Shown piece by piece: positions 55,019-63,999 of a stretch of DNA of 64,000 bases. The translations under genes and the position numbers were made by a program. A model generated the notes under the pieces. It saw only the letters and a program-made list of their open reading frames with translations, made no database searches and had not been told where the DNA came from. Location: assembly GCA_016871445.1 (NCBI GenBank), contig VHDH01000005.1:1842-65841 (forward strand), read 5' to 3'. Source of the stretch: Verrucomicrobiota bacterium (GTDB lineage: Bacteria > Verrucomicrobiota > Verrucomicrobiia > Limisphaerales > SXTU01). Numbering within the stretch: position 1 is the first letter of the stretch; the number at the start of each line of letters is the position of its first letter.

Positions 55019-56290
55019 CTAAATCGCAAGCTTTGGCGGCTCACCGCTGGCACTTGGCACCTCACCAACGCCGGTGGCACGGCGTAAGTGCGTGGCCAGC
55101 CAAAGCAGTTCATCATTGGAGAGTTGGACAAAGAAACCTTGCTTGCTTCCCTCTTTGTCGTAAATCCGCAATTCCTGAACTGACACGTTGTTGGCGACAA
55201 TTCCGCTGTCATCCATCGCAATGGTGTCCAATTCGGAGACGCTGCGTTTGAAGGTCGTCGTGCGAAAAAGCGAGCGCTGAACGATGATTAACTCTTCCCT
55301 CGTGGCGCGGATGCTAGCCCTGCGCCGCATCTGATTCACGGCGATGGTCAGTAACGCGACGCAAATTGCCAAGTGGCTCCCCACGATGGTTGCGATGATC
55401 CATCCTTCTCCCTGGCCCGAGCTCTTACCTCTAGACACGAAGCCCATAAAAGCGACGAAGATGCCGACTAGGGTCAGCCAAATGACGGCGAAACTCAGCA
55501 ATCCACGTGCGGTGCGAAAACCTTGAGGGGGGATCAGCACCACCAAACCGCCGGCCTGTTCGGTCACTTGTATGTTTGTCCCGGTAGGTCGGTCAACGCG
55601 GTCCCCGTGCACGATAATCCTCCTCGGTGGACCGCTTACTTCGCCGGGTAATGGTTGATCCTCGTGCCGGTAATACGCGCGTTCCTGTCCAAGGGTGCTG
55701 ACCGCCAGCGGGGCCGCGCCAGTTTGCAGGGCGATGTCCGCGGCCAGACGGGCAGCCAGTGCCTCAACCCACGCGCGCGGATAGCCCAAGAGAATAAAGC
55801 GCGGCTTTCCGGCCCCGACTACGGCGCATAAGGTGGCCACATTGGACATGGGGCCGGATATGATGGGGTGGTTGTTGTATAACGGGCCTTGTGTCCACAG
55901 CTTGAAGTGTTGAATGTCTTTCGTGGAAATGCGGCGCGTCCACCAAAACGGCCCGCCCCGCTCACGAGTGATGAGTTCGCCGGGCCGGACTTCGAGTTCG
56001 CACCGGCCACGCCATGCGAACACGCCCAGTCCGATGATGCCCAACCCAGCGGCGAGAAACGGCAGACCGAACAACGCGAACACCACATTGAACGCGCCGG
56101 CCGGGCCCTTGAACGACCCGCTCAACACGCCGAGAATCCAAAAGAGCGCAAACCCGCCGAAGACGCAGCCAAACCCGATGAAGAAGACCGCAAACAGCTT
56201 GAGCGGCCCCGTCTCGCGCGGGGGCAAGAGGTAAGATGTACCGTGGCGACTTTGCTCTACGCGGATTTCAGTAGGCAGCGCCGAACTCAT
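55019..56290 (-). CDS. Integral membrane protein of unknown function with an internally duplicated (2 TM + soluble beta-rich) architecture
   Basis: 423-aa ORF with ATG. Two hydrophobic hairpins (LFAVFFIGFGCVFGGFALFWILGVL / VVFALFGLPFLAAGLGIIGLGVFAW, and LLSFAVIWLTLVGIFVAFMGFV / WIIATIVGSHLAICVALLTIAV). Each is followed by a similar segment (CELEVRPGELITRER... / ASIRATREELIIVQRS...). Confidence 0.5.
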   Translation of the reverse strand: MSSALPTEIRVEQSRHGTSYLLPPRETGPLKLFAVFFIGFGCVFGGFALFWILGVLSGSFKGPAGAFNVVFALFGLPFLAAGLGIIGLGVFAWRGRCELEVRPGELITRERGGPFWWTRRISTKDIQHFKLWTQGPLYNNHPIISGPMSNVATLCAVVGAGKPRFILLGYPRAWVEALAARLAADIALQTGAAPLAVSTLGQERAYYRHEDQPLPGEVSGPPRRIIVHGDRVDRPTGTNIQVTEQAGGLVVLIPPQGFRTARGLLSFAVIWLTLVGIFVAFMGFVSRGKSSGQGEGWIIATIVGSHLAICVALLTIAVNQMRRRASIRATREELIIVQRSLFRTTTFKRSVSELDTIAMDDSGIVANNVSVQELRIYDKEGSKQGFFVQLSNDELLWLATHLRRATGVGEVPSASGEPPKLAI

Positions 56291-56369
56291 GGCCGGAAAT
56301 CATCTAACCTCGACAGCCGCAAAGGTAAAGAGGATTGCAGGAAATGAGCGAGCGCATAAGATCCCGCCC

Positions 56370-57416
56370 ATGTCCAAAGCCCACATAGCAATGAAACTCA
56401 CCACCCTCCTTCCCCGCCCAATCCGCTTAGCCCTGTTAACCGCCTCGCTGGCCACGCTCGTCGGCGCGGCTGAACCCGACTGGGTGACCTATGCGCCCAA
56501 GGCCGGGCCGGGCCAAGGCAAGCATATCGTCTTCCTCACCGGCGATGAGGAGTATCGCAGCGAAGAGGGCCTGCCGATGCTCGCCAAGATTCTCAGCCAG
56601 CGGCACGGCTTCAAATGCTCCGTGCTCTTCTCCGTGGATGCGGACGGCACCATCAACCCCGACGCCGGCGGCAGCCTCTCGCACCCTGAGGCGCTGGATT
56701 CAGCGGACGCCATCGTGATGCTCCTGCGCTTCCGCCACTGGAACGACGACGCGAACAAGAAGTTTGAGGCGGCCGTGAACCGGGGCGTGCCTCTCATCGC
56801 GCTGCGCACCAGCACGCACGCCTTCAGTGGACTTAAGGGGCCTTACGAGAAGTGGAACTGGGGCAACAAGGGTGGCTTTGGTAAACAAGTCTTGGGCGAG
56901 ACGTGGATCTCCCACTGGGGGCGCCACAAAGTTGAGGCCATGCTAGGCGTCATCGAGCCGGGCGCAGAGAATCATCCCGTTCTCAGGGGCACCGGCCAGA
57001 TCTTCGCTGATTCCGACACCTACGAAGCCTACCCGCCTGCAGATGCGAAAATCCTCGTGCGCGGCCAAGTGCTCAAGGGCATGAAGCCTACCGACCCGCC
57101 CGCCGACTACATCAAGAAGCGCGCGAGTGACAAGCAGGAGCAACCGGTGAACAGCCCGATGATGCCCGTCGCCTGGACGCGCGAACTAAAAAACGACGCC
57201 GGCAAGGTGAACAAGATTTTTACCACCACGATGGGCGCCGCCACGGACCTCCAAAGTGAAGGCACGCGCCGACTGGTGGTAAATGCGGTCTTTTGGGGCT
57301 TGAGCCTCGAAGTCCCAGCCAAGAGCAACGTGGAATATGTCGGCGAATACAATCCCACTATGTATTCCTTCAAAGGGTACAAAAAGGGAGTAAAGCCATC
57401 CGACCACAAACTCTGA
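56370..57416 (+). CDS. Secreted ThuA-like (class-I glutamine-amidotransferase-fold) protein
   Basis: The ATG at 56370 (or 56391) precedes a signal-like LALLTASLATLVGA. HIVFLTGDEEYRSEEGLPMLAKIL...ADAIVMLLRFRHW...GVPLIALRTSTHAF fits the ThuA-like pattern common in PVC genomes. Confidence 0.5.
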   Translation: MSKAHIAMKLTTLLPRPIRLALLTASLATLVGAAEPDWVTYAPKAGPGQGKHIVFLTGDEEYRSEEGLPMLAKILSQRHGFKCSVLFSVDADGTINPDAGGSLSHPEALDSADAIVMLLRFRHWNDDANKKFEAAVNRGVPLIALRTSTHAFSGLKGPYEKWNWGNKGGFGKQVLGETWISHWGRHKVEAMLGVIEPGAENHPVLRGTGQIFADSDTYEAYPPADAKILVRGQVLKGMKPTDPPADYIKKRASDKQEQPVNSPMMPVAWTRELKNDAGKVNKIFTTTMGAATDLQSEGTRRLVVNAVFWGLSLEVPAKSNVEYVGEYNPTMYSFKGYKKGVKPSDHKL

Positions 57417-57580
57417 GCGCGGAGTTCTGCCTGTAGGACGATTTGACAAAATACTGAAGTTGTCGCCCGCCTCGCCGCGCGCCTGCGAGCGTGGTGGCCC
57501 GTGATGGCGAGCAGTAAATTTCTAATGACTGAAAGAAATGGGTATGCGAGACGCATCCGGCCTGTAAAAGCTCGTCTCCC

Positions 57581-58747
57581 ATGGTTTTATCCATGAACTT
57601 CTTCGCCCTTTTCTCACCGCGGCTTATGCGGCGGAGCTGGCCGGTCCTCGAAGTCGCCGCCCTCGTCTTCGCCCTCGAACTCACCGGCATCAGCAGTCAA
57701 CTCCCCGCTTCGGAAGGAGACGACGTGAGGACTCTCACTTTTCTCCAGACCTTTAGCGCAAACCCCAAAACTTCTATTTCTGGCCAGAGCCTCGTCACCC
57801 CAGCTCCTAAACCGATTCAACTAGTCGCAGCGACGGCGAAGGACATCCGCCTGCCCGTCCCAAATCCCTATTACAAAACCAACTCCCAAGTTCCTTTTCT
57901 CACGCATTCCAGCCCAGGCGCGCAGCGCATCAACCGTAAGCTGGAGGAAATCGTGCTGCCAGAGGTTCACTTCGACGCCGTGCCGCTGGTGAACGTGGTG
58001 CAGCGGCTCATCGAGGACGCGAAGAAGTTCGACCCCGAGCCGGACCCAGCCAAGAAGGGCTTGAACTTCCTGATCAACGATGTCGTGCCGGCTGTCCCGT
58101 TGCTCGATGCCGCCGGCAACCCGGTGCCCGGCGCGCGGCCGGTGGCCTTGAGCGAGGGCCTCGTGCGCGTGACCCAGCCGCTCAAGAACCTAACGCTGCG
58201 ACAGGCGCTGGATGTCATCTGCAAGACCGCCGAGTTGCCTACGCAGTTCACCGTGGAGGAATACACCATTGCCTTCATCCCGCGCGGGCCGGTGGCCTAC
58301 TTCTCCCGCACCTTCCGCGTGAGTCCAGATGCGTTCATCCAAGGCTTGCAGGGCGTGGTGGGAAATCCCGTGCTTGGCGTTACGCCGACCGGCGGCAACG
58401 CGCTCGTTGGCGCCGTCCAAAATCAGCCCGCCGCAACTGTGCGCGTAACGGTGCCCGCCACCGTCCCGGCCACACAAACCCGCACACCGGATGCCAACGC
58501 ACTCGTCCGGCAGTTCTTCCAAAGCGCCGGGGTCACCGCCCTCGGCGCGACAAACAGCGGCGCACGAGTGACGTTCAATCCTGAGAGCGGCCTGCTCGTC
58601 GTCCGCGCTACTTCGAACGACCTGCGCCTGATCGAGGAGGCGATCAAGAAAGTGCAGTTAGGCACCGCAAACGTGAAGAATATAGTTTCACCGAGCAGTT
58701 CTGTCGCTGGCACGAACGCGCGGCCTCCTCACGTCATTCCCTACTAG
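57581..58747 (+). CDS. Secretin N-terminal-domains-only protein (no secretin beta-barrel)
   Basis: 388-aa ORF. Has the modules found at the N-terminus of Verrucomicrobial PilQ/GspD-like secretins (LEEIVLPEVHFDAVPLVNVVQRLIE...GLNFLIN; LKNLTLRQALDVICKTA...YTIAFIP) and a NolW-like FNPESGLLVVRATSNDLRLIEEAIKKV. It ends there, with no secretin C-terminal domain. Confidence 0.5.
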   Translation: MVLSMNFFALFSPRLMRRSWPVLEVAALVFALELTGISSQLPASEGDDVRTLTFLQTFSANPKTSISGQSLVTPAPKPIQLVAATAKDIRLPVPNPYYKTNSQVPFLTHSSPGAQRINRKLEEIVLPEVHFDAVPLVNVVQRLIEDAKKFDPEPDPAKKGLNFLINDVVPAVPLLDAAGNPVPGARPVALSEGLVRVTQPLKNLTLRQALDVICKTAELPTQFTVEEYTIAFIPRGPVAYFSRTFRVSPDAFIQGLQGVVGNPVLGVTPTGGNALVGAVQNQPAATVRVTVPATVPATQTRTPDANALVRQFFQSAGVTALGATNSGARVTFNPESGLLVVRATSNDLRLIEEAIKKVQLGTANVKNIVSPSSSVAGTNARPPHVIPY

Positions 58748-58943
58748 GCAGATCGAGCTGCTCGCCGGGTGGGAGTTCGTCGTAACCCTGAAAGTGCTCG
58801 GGGCGCAGCGGGGAGGTAATAACTTGTTCCTCATCGAGCCATTTGCCGAGGTCGAGAAGCCGACAGCGCCTCGAGCAGAATGGGCCGAACGGCGCGGCGA
58901 ACCAATCGCCAGCCCGCTGGCACGACGGGCATTTGATGGGCAT
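58734..58943 (-). CDS. yacG: DNA gyrase inhibitor YacG (zinc finger)
   Basis: The ATG at 58943 gives MPIKCPSCQRAGDWFAAPFGPFCSRRCRLLDLGKWLDEE (CxxC...PFCSxRCxxxDLGxW). Its 3' end overlaps the convergent gene by 14 nt. Confidence 0.8.
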   Translation of the reverse strand: MPIKCPSCQRAGDWFAAPFGPFCSRRCRLLDLGKWLDEEQVITSPLRPEHFQGYDELPPGEQLDLPSRE

Positions 58944-59057
58944 TGTGCGGGCCACGGAGAGGGATTGGCGTAGTGGAGGCGGCAGTGGTGTGAAATCTGA
59001 AAGGCTGCTGCACAATTCTCCAGTTCACCCCCACTCTGTCACGACGGAGTGCGCTGG

Positions 59058-59600
59058 CTAGGCGGGCGACCCGTTCTTAACCAACCACACGCCGTCTTCA
59101 CCGTCGGACTCCTTGAGCTTCACGTTGATGCGCTCGTTAGCGCGTGTGGGGATGTTTTTGCCGACAAAGTCCGCCTTGATGGGTAGGTCGCGGTGGCCGC
59201 GGTCCACGAGCACAGCGAGCTGGACGCGGCGCGGGCGGCCAAAGTCGCTGAGAGCATCGAGCGCGGCGCGTGTGGTCCGGCCGCTGAAAAGCACATCGTC
59301 TACGAGCACGACGGTCCGACCGGTGATGTCGCCCGGGATCTGCGTGGGGTGGACGGTGGGCGCGGGCTGATGGGCGAGGTCGTCGCGGTGCATGCTCACG
59401 TCGAGTGTGCCGCAGGGCACGGACTGGCCCCAAAGATCGCCAAGGGTCTGGGCAAGCCGACGGGCCAGATGCACGCCGCCCGTCTGCACGCCGACCAAGA
59501 CAACGTCTCCGCCTGACTCATTGCGCTCGACGATTTCGTGGGCAATGCGAGTGAGCGCGCGGGAAAGCGCGGCGGGGTTGAGTAGAAGCGAGTCAGGCAT
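59058..59600 (-). CDS. pyrR: Bifunctional pyrimidine regulatory protein / uracil phosphoribosyltransferase PyrR
   Basis: The ATG at 59600 gives MPDSLLLNPAALSRALTRIAHEIVERN. PRPP-binding loop VVLVDDVLFSGRTTRAAL, plus LAVLVDRGHRDLPIKADFVGKNIPT. The ORF could extend to 59648. Confidence 0.85.
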   Translation of the reverse strand: MPDSLLLNPAALSRALTRIAHEIVERNESGGDVVLVGVQTGGVHLARRLAQTLGDLWGQSVPCGTLDVSMHRDDLAHQPAPTVHPTQIPGDITGRTVVLVDDVLFSGRTTRAALDALSDFGRPRRVQLAVLVDRGHRDLPIKADFVGKNIPTRANERINVKLKESDGEDGVWLVKNGSPA

Positions 59601-59644
59601 GGGAAAGAGGAACCGGAAACCGGCGGCGGGGCGGCCGGCGGGAA

Positions 59645-59884
59645 TCAACCCTGGCCCGGGGCGTGGCGGGATTTACGCCACTTGGCGCGGTGCTTGACGA
59701 TCCAGTCAGTTAGGGCGCGCTCGAAGCCAATATCGTGATGGGCCTTCTCTGACTCAATCCATTTATGTTTCATGATTTCCTCGCGCTCGGCGAGGAATTC
59801 GCGGTAGAGCGACGAGTTTTTTACCCACTCGTCGTCGCCGCCCGGTTGGCCAGGGGAATTGGACATAACAGCCACGATTGCCAC
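59645..59884 (-). CDS. Small conserved-looking hypothetical protein (HKWIESEK motif)
   Basis: 79-aa ORF (GTG at 59884, ATG at 59866). YREFLAEREEIMKHKWIESEKAHHDIGFERALTDWIVKHRAKWRKS resembles a small helical family I cannot name. Lies directly upstream of pyrR on the same strand. Confidence 0.45.
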   Translation of the reverse strand: MAIVAVMSNSPGQPGGDDEWVKNSSLYREFLAEREEIMKHKWIESEKAHHDIGFERALTDWIVKHRAKWRKSRHAPGQG

Positions 59885-60029
59885 TTAGCGATCGTTCCTC
59901 AATGTAACAGCAAGCCAAAGCGTGACAATCCGTTTTTCAACCGCGAAATCCTTGCGGCTGGTCGGGGTGAATAACGTGTGAACGGCTGCGGACAAGTTTT
60001 CGCGTTCCAAGTTTGCGCGGACGCAGGGT

Positions 60030-61598
60030 TTGGCGTCTCCTCTTCCCGTGATCGATTCCTTAGAGCTGACCAGCGAGCCGCCCGCACCCGACCTCAAGCG
60101 CACGCGCCGCCGAAAGGACGCAGCCATTGACCTGTCCAAGATTGACCGCCTGCCGCCGCACAGCGTCGAGGCCGAACAGGGGGTGCTGGGTTGTATGCTG
60201 CTAGCTCCAAGCGAGGCTATCAGCGTATGCATTGAAAAGTTCAAGTCCCGCCGGGATGACCCTGCCGTCGCCCCGCCAGCTCGGCGGGATGGGCCACCGG
60301 CCAGTCCACACGCCGGCGCTTCAGCTGCCTTTTACGATCTGCGTCACCAGGCGCTCTACGAGACGCTCGTGGAAATGTATGACGCCAAGCAAGCCGTGGA
60401 CCTCATCACTGTGCGCCAGCGGCTCAAAGATAAGGGTCAGCTCGACGCCATTGGGGGCGTGGCCTACCTCACCGCGCTCGTGGACGCCACGCCCTCGCCC
60501 GCGAATCTGCCCTTCTACGCGGACATCGTCGTTGAGAAGCACCTGCTCCGCCGGATGATCCAGACCTGCTCCAGCGTTATCGGACGTATCTACGACGAGG
60601 AACAGCAGGCCGACGTGGAATCGTTACTCGACGAGGTCGAGAAGGAAGTCCTCCACATCAGCGAGGAGCGCGAGGAAACCGTCAGCCTCGTGATCAAGGA
60701 TCTCGTCCACAAGGCCATCTCCCAGATTGAGGAGATGCATAAGCACCAAGGTAAGACCACAGGCATCTCTAGCGGTTTCACGGACCTCGACAAGATGACC
60801 ACCGGCTTCCACGGCGGGGAAATGATCGTCATCGCCGCTCGCCCGTCAGTCGGAAAGACCTCGCTCGCGATGAACATCGCCGAGCACGTCGCGCTGGATC
60901 TCAAGCTGCCGGTCGGCGTGTTTAGCCTGGAAATGTCCGCCGACTCGCTCGTGCTGCGCATGCTCTGTTCGCGTGCGCGCATCAACCTTCGCAGGCTTGG
61001 GGGCGGAATTCTGTCCCAGCAGGATTTTGGGCAGCTCACATTCGCCGCCGGCAAGATGGCTGGGGCGCCGCTATTCATTGATGACACTGCCGGCCTCAGC
61101 ATCCTCCAGCTCCGCGCCAAGGCCCGCCGGCTGCACCAGCAGCAGGGTATCAAGCTCCTCGTCATTGACTACCTCCAGCTCCTGCGCAGCACGGCCAAGC
61201 GCGCCGAGAACCGCCAGCAGGAAATCGCCGACATTTCTCAAGGCATCAAGGCGCTAGCCAAAGAGCTAAAAATACCGGTGATCGTGCTGGCTCAGGTTAA
61301 TCGCGAGTCGGAAAAACGAAGTCCGGGAGAAAAACCCAAGCTCTCCGACCTCCGCGAGTCCGGCAGCATCGAGCAGGACGCGGACTTTGTTGGACTCCTT
61401 TACCGGCCCAAAGCCAACGCCGAAGGAGACGAAGACGCAGAAGCAAAGCCCAACTACGACGCCGAGCCGATCAATCTGCTGATTGCCAAACAGCGCAACG
61501 GACCTGCTAATGAGGACGTTAAACTCACATTCATGAAGTGCTACACGCGTTTCGAGTCAGCAGCGCGAGTAGATGCTGAAGATGTCCCACAAGGTTGA
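60030..61598 (+). CDS. dnaB: Replicative DNA helicase DnaB
   Basis: 522-aa ORF with TTG start. LPPHSVEAEQGVLGCMLL, Walker A AARPSVGKTSLAMN, Walker B LLVIDYLQLL, plus ESGSIEQDADFV and KQRNGP. Carries a ~22-aa Pro/Ala/Arg-rich insertion in the N-terminal domain. Confidence 0.9.
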   Translation: MASPLPVIDSLELTSEPPAPDLKRTRRRKDAAIDLSKIDRLPPHSVEAEQGVLGCMLLAPSEAISVCIEKFKSRRDDPAVAPPARRDGPPASPHAGASAAFYDLRHQALYETLVEMYDAKQAVDLITVRQRLKDKGQLDAIGGVAYLTALVDATPSPANLPFYADIVVEKHLLRRMIQTCSSVIGRIYDEEQQADVESLLDEVEKEVLHISEEREETVSLVIKDLVHKAISQIEEMHKHQGKTTGISSGFTDLDKMTTGFHGGEMIVIAARPSVGKTSLAMNIAEHVALDLKLPVGVFSLEMSADSLVLRMLCSRARINLRRLGGGILSQQDFGQLTFAAGKMAGAPLFIDDTAGLSILQLRAKARRLHQQQGIKLLVIDYLQLLRSTAKRAENRQQEIADISQGIKALAKELKIPVIVLAQVNRESEKRSPGEKPKLSDLRESGSIEQDADFVGLLYRPKANAEGDEDAEAKPNYDAEPINLLIAKQRNGPANEDVKLTFMKCYTRFESAARVDAEDVPQG

Positions 61599-61599
61599 A

Positions 61600-61719
61600 G
61601 TGAGTGGACCATCACTGGTCGATTATCCGACTGGCGACGTGCACCTCACCTTCCTGAGGGGCTTTACTCGCTACGAAAGCGCTGCCAAGGTCTCAAACGG
61701 GGACGTTCCGAGCGAATAA
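61600..61719 (+). pseudogene. Diverged duplicate of the dnaB 3' end (about 39 codons plus stop) immediately downstream of dnaB
   Basis: A stop-free frame encodes VSGPSLVDYPTGDVHLTFLRGFTRYESAAKVSNGDVPSE*, which aligns with the DnaB C-terminus NGPANEDVKLTFMKCYTRFESAARVDAEDVPQG*. 15 of 27 residues are identical and the stop falls at the same aligned position. Confidence 0.7.
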
Positions 61720-61891
61720 ACGGTGGCTCCAGCCAACCGCTCGCGCTGAACCATCGCTTGACCTTTTGCCGCCGCCCGGCATAGTCCCCGGCCCGGCAGA
61801 TTCCCGCACCCGGTGACCGCCCGCCTTTCCGTTGGCTTCTGCTCGTGGGCTGGTCACCAGTTAAATGGACACGCCGGCATTAGCTTTTGAT

Positions 61892-63724
61892 ATGCAGCAC
61901 ATCCGCAACATTGCCATCATCGCGCACGTGGACCACGGCAAGACCACGCTCGTGGATTGCCTCCTCAAACAGTCCGGCACCTTCCGCGCCAACCAAGTTG
62001 AGACGCAGACTGAGCGCCTGATGGACTCGATGGATCTCGAACGCGAGAAGGGCATCACCATTCGCGCGAAGAACGCTGCTTTTAAATACAAGAACTACCA
62101 CGTCAACATCGTGGACACGCCGGGTCACGCGGACTTCGGCGGCGAGGTCGAGCGCATCATGAACATGATTGACGGCGTGCTGCTCGTGGTGGACGCCGCC
62201 GACGGCCCGCAGGCGCAGACACGCTTCGTGCTGCGCAAAGCCCTCGAGGCCGGCGCCAAGCCCATCGTCGTCATCAACAAAATCGACCGCGAGAACGCCA
62301 ACCCAAAGCAGGTGCTCGACCAGGTCTTCGACCTTTTCATGTCGCTGAATGCCACCGACGAGCAGCTCGATTTCCCGTTCATTTACTGCTCGGCCAAGGC
62401 CGGCTACGCGAAGACCGAGTTGGAGCACATCTCCGGCACCATGGAGCCGCTCTTCGACTCCATCACCAAGCACATCCCGCCTCCGCGGGCGCGCGCGGGC
62501 GAGGGCTTCCAAGTGCTCGTGGCCAACCTCGACTATTCGGATTACCTCGGGCGCATCGCCTTTGGCAAAATCTACGAGGGCAAGGTCAAGGTCGGCGATC
62601 CGGCTATCTGCCGACATGGCAACGGCACGATCTCAAAGAACAAAATTACCGCCATCTACCACTTCGAGGGCATGAAACGTATCGAGGTGCCCGAGGCTCA
62701 TGCCGGCGATATCGTCGGGCTCACCGGCTTCGAGGACGTGTTCATTGGCGAGACGATCTGCGATAGTGAGACTCGGCCTGCGCTGCCATACATCCCGATT
62801 GACCCGCCCACAATTCAAATGGAGTTTGCCGTGAACGACGGCCCGCTGGCTGGACAGGACGGCAAACTGGTCACCGCCCGCCACCTCTGGGAGCGGCTGG
62901 TTAAAGAAACCCGCACCAACGTCGCGCTGCGCATCGCTCAAACCAGCGACCCGAAAGTCTTCGCCGTCTCTGGGCGCGGCGAGATGCAGATCGCCATCCT
63001 GGTCGAGCAGATGCGACGCGAGGGCCACGAAGTACTCGTCTCGCGCCCCGAGGTGCTGTGGAAGAAGGACGCTGCCAACAATCCGCTCGAACCCATCGAG
63101 AAACTGTTCGTCGAAATTCCGAACGAGAACCTTGGCTCAGTCATGGAGAACCTCTCCTTTCGAAAAGCCGAGATTACGAACATGAGCCATCACGGCAGCC
63201 AGGTAACCATCGAGGCGCTTATTCCCATGCGCGGCCTCATTGGCTTTGAGACCGACCTTGTCAATCAGACCAAGGGCATGGGCGTGATGAGCCACCTTTT
63301 TCACGAGTACGGCGCTGACCGCGGCGAAATTGCCGCGCGCAAGAATGGCTCGCTCGTTTCCATGGACGCAGGTGAGGCCACTAGCTATGCGTTGAACATG
63401 ATCCAAGAGCGTGGCCGGTTGATGATCGAGCCGGGCGACCAGATCTACGTGGGCATGATCGTTGGTGAGAACGCGCGCGACAACGACTTACCGGTCAACC
63501 CGGTGAAGGAGAAGAAACTTACCAATATGAGGTCGCAGGGCGACGGCAAGGGCATCCAACTCAACGCTCCGATGAAGCTCTCGCTCGAACGCGCGTTGGA
63601 ATACATTGATGTGGACGAATACGTGGAAGCCACTCCCAAGAACTTGCGTTTGCGCAAGAAACTTCTCGACGAGAACCAGCGCAAGCGCTCCGAGAAGTCA
63701 CGCTCCATTAAGTTTGTGGAATAG
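61892..63724 (+). CDS. typA: Translational GTPase TypA/BipA
   Basis: The ATG at 61892 gives [22 protein letters not shown] (G1). Has [14 protein letters not shown] (G3) and NKIDR (G4), with an EF-G-like domain order and a BipA-type C-terminus. The ORF extends upstream to 61865. Confidence 0.9.
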   Translation: MQHIRNIAIIAHVDHGKTTLVDCLLKQSGTFRANQVETQTERLMDSMDLEREKGITIRAKNAAFKYKNYHVNIVDTPGHADFGGEVERIMNMIDGVLLVVDAADGPQAQTRFVLRKALEAGAKPIVVINKIDRENANPKQVLDQVFDLFMSLNATDEQLDFPFIYCSAKAGYAKTELEHISGTMEPLFDSITKHIPPPRARAGEGFQVLVANLDYSDYLGRIAFGKIYEGKVKVGDPAICRHGNGTISKNKITAIYHFEGMKRIEVPEAHAGDIVGLTGFEDVFIGETICDSETRPALPYIPIDPPTIQMEFAVNDGPLAGQDGKLVTARHLWERLVKETRTNVALRIAQTSDPKVFAVSGRGEMQIAILVEQMRREGHEVLVSRPEVLWKKDAANNPLEPIEKLFVEIPNENLGSVMENLSFRKAEITNMSHHGSQVTIEALIPMRGLIGFETDLVNQTKGMGVMSHLFHEYGADRGEIAARKNGSLVSMDAGEATSYALNMIQERGRLMIEPGDQIYVGMIVGENARDNDLPVNPVKEKKLTNMRSQGDGKGIQLNAPMKLSLERALEYIDVDEYVEATPKNLRLRKKLLDENQRKRSEKSRSIKFVE

Positions 63725-63756
63725 GTTTCCTCGACCATCGCGGCGGTTGCTGATCG

Positions 63757-63999
63757 CTACAACAGCCCGCGCTCTTCCAACTCCTCCTCGTTTAAGCCGA
63801 GGTAATGTCCTAGCTCATGGATGAAGGTCACGTGGACTTCGTCGAGATAGGTTTCCTCGTCACCGCCGGCCAGCTCCCAAAGGTTTTCCAGAAAGAGAAA
63901 AATCTGGGGTGGCAACGGGGATGGCCCGCCTTCCCCATCGGGAAACGCCTCGCCCACGAACAGGCCGAGCGTATCTTGCTGCACTAGCTCGTCGAGCAT
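63757..63999 (-). CDS. Zincin-type metallopeptidase family protein (DUF1025/Zincin_1-like), 5'-partial at window edge
   Basis: The ORF runs off the right edge. The C-terminal 80 aa contain HVTFIHELGHYLGLNEEELEERGLL (HExxH). Confidence 0.65.
   Translation of the reverse strand: MLDELVQQDTLGLFVGEAFPDGEGGPSPLPPQIFLFLENLWELAGGDEETYLDEVHVTFIHELGHYLGLNEEELEERGLL

Noticed and set aside
58952-58966. CCACGGAGAGGGATT, reminiscent of the PyrR-binding loop consensus (…UCCAGAGAGG…), near pyrR
   Set aside because: It lies on the plus strand, antisense to pyrR and yacG, and about 200 nt past the end of the nearest plus-strand gene. It is only a partial match, and I could not find an associated terminator/antiterminator structure.
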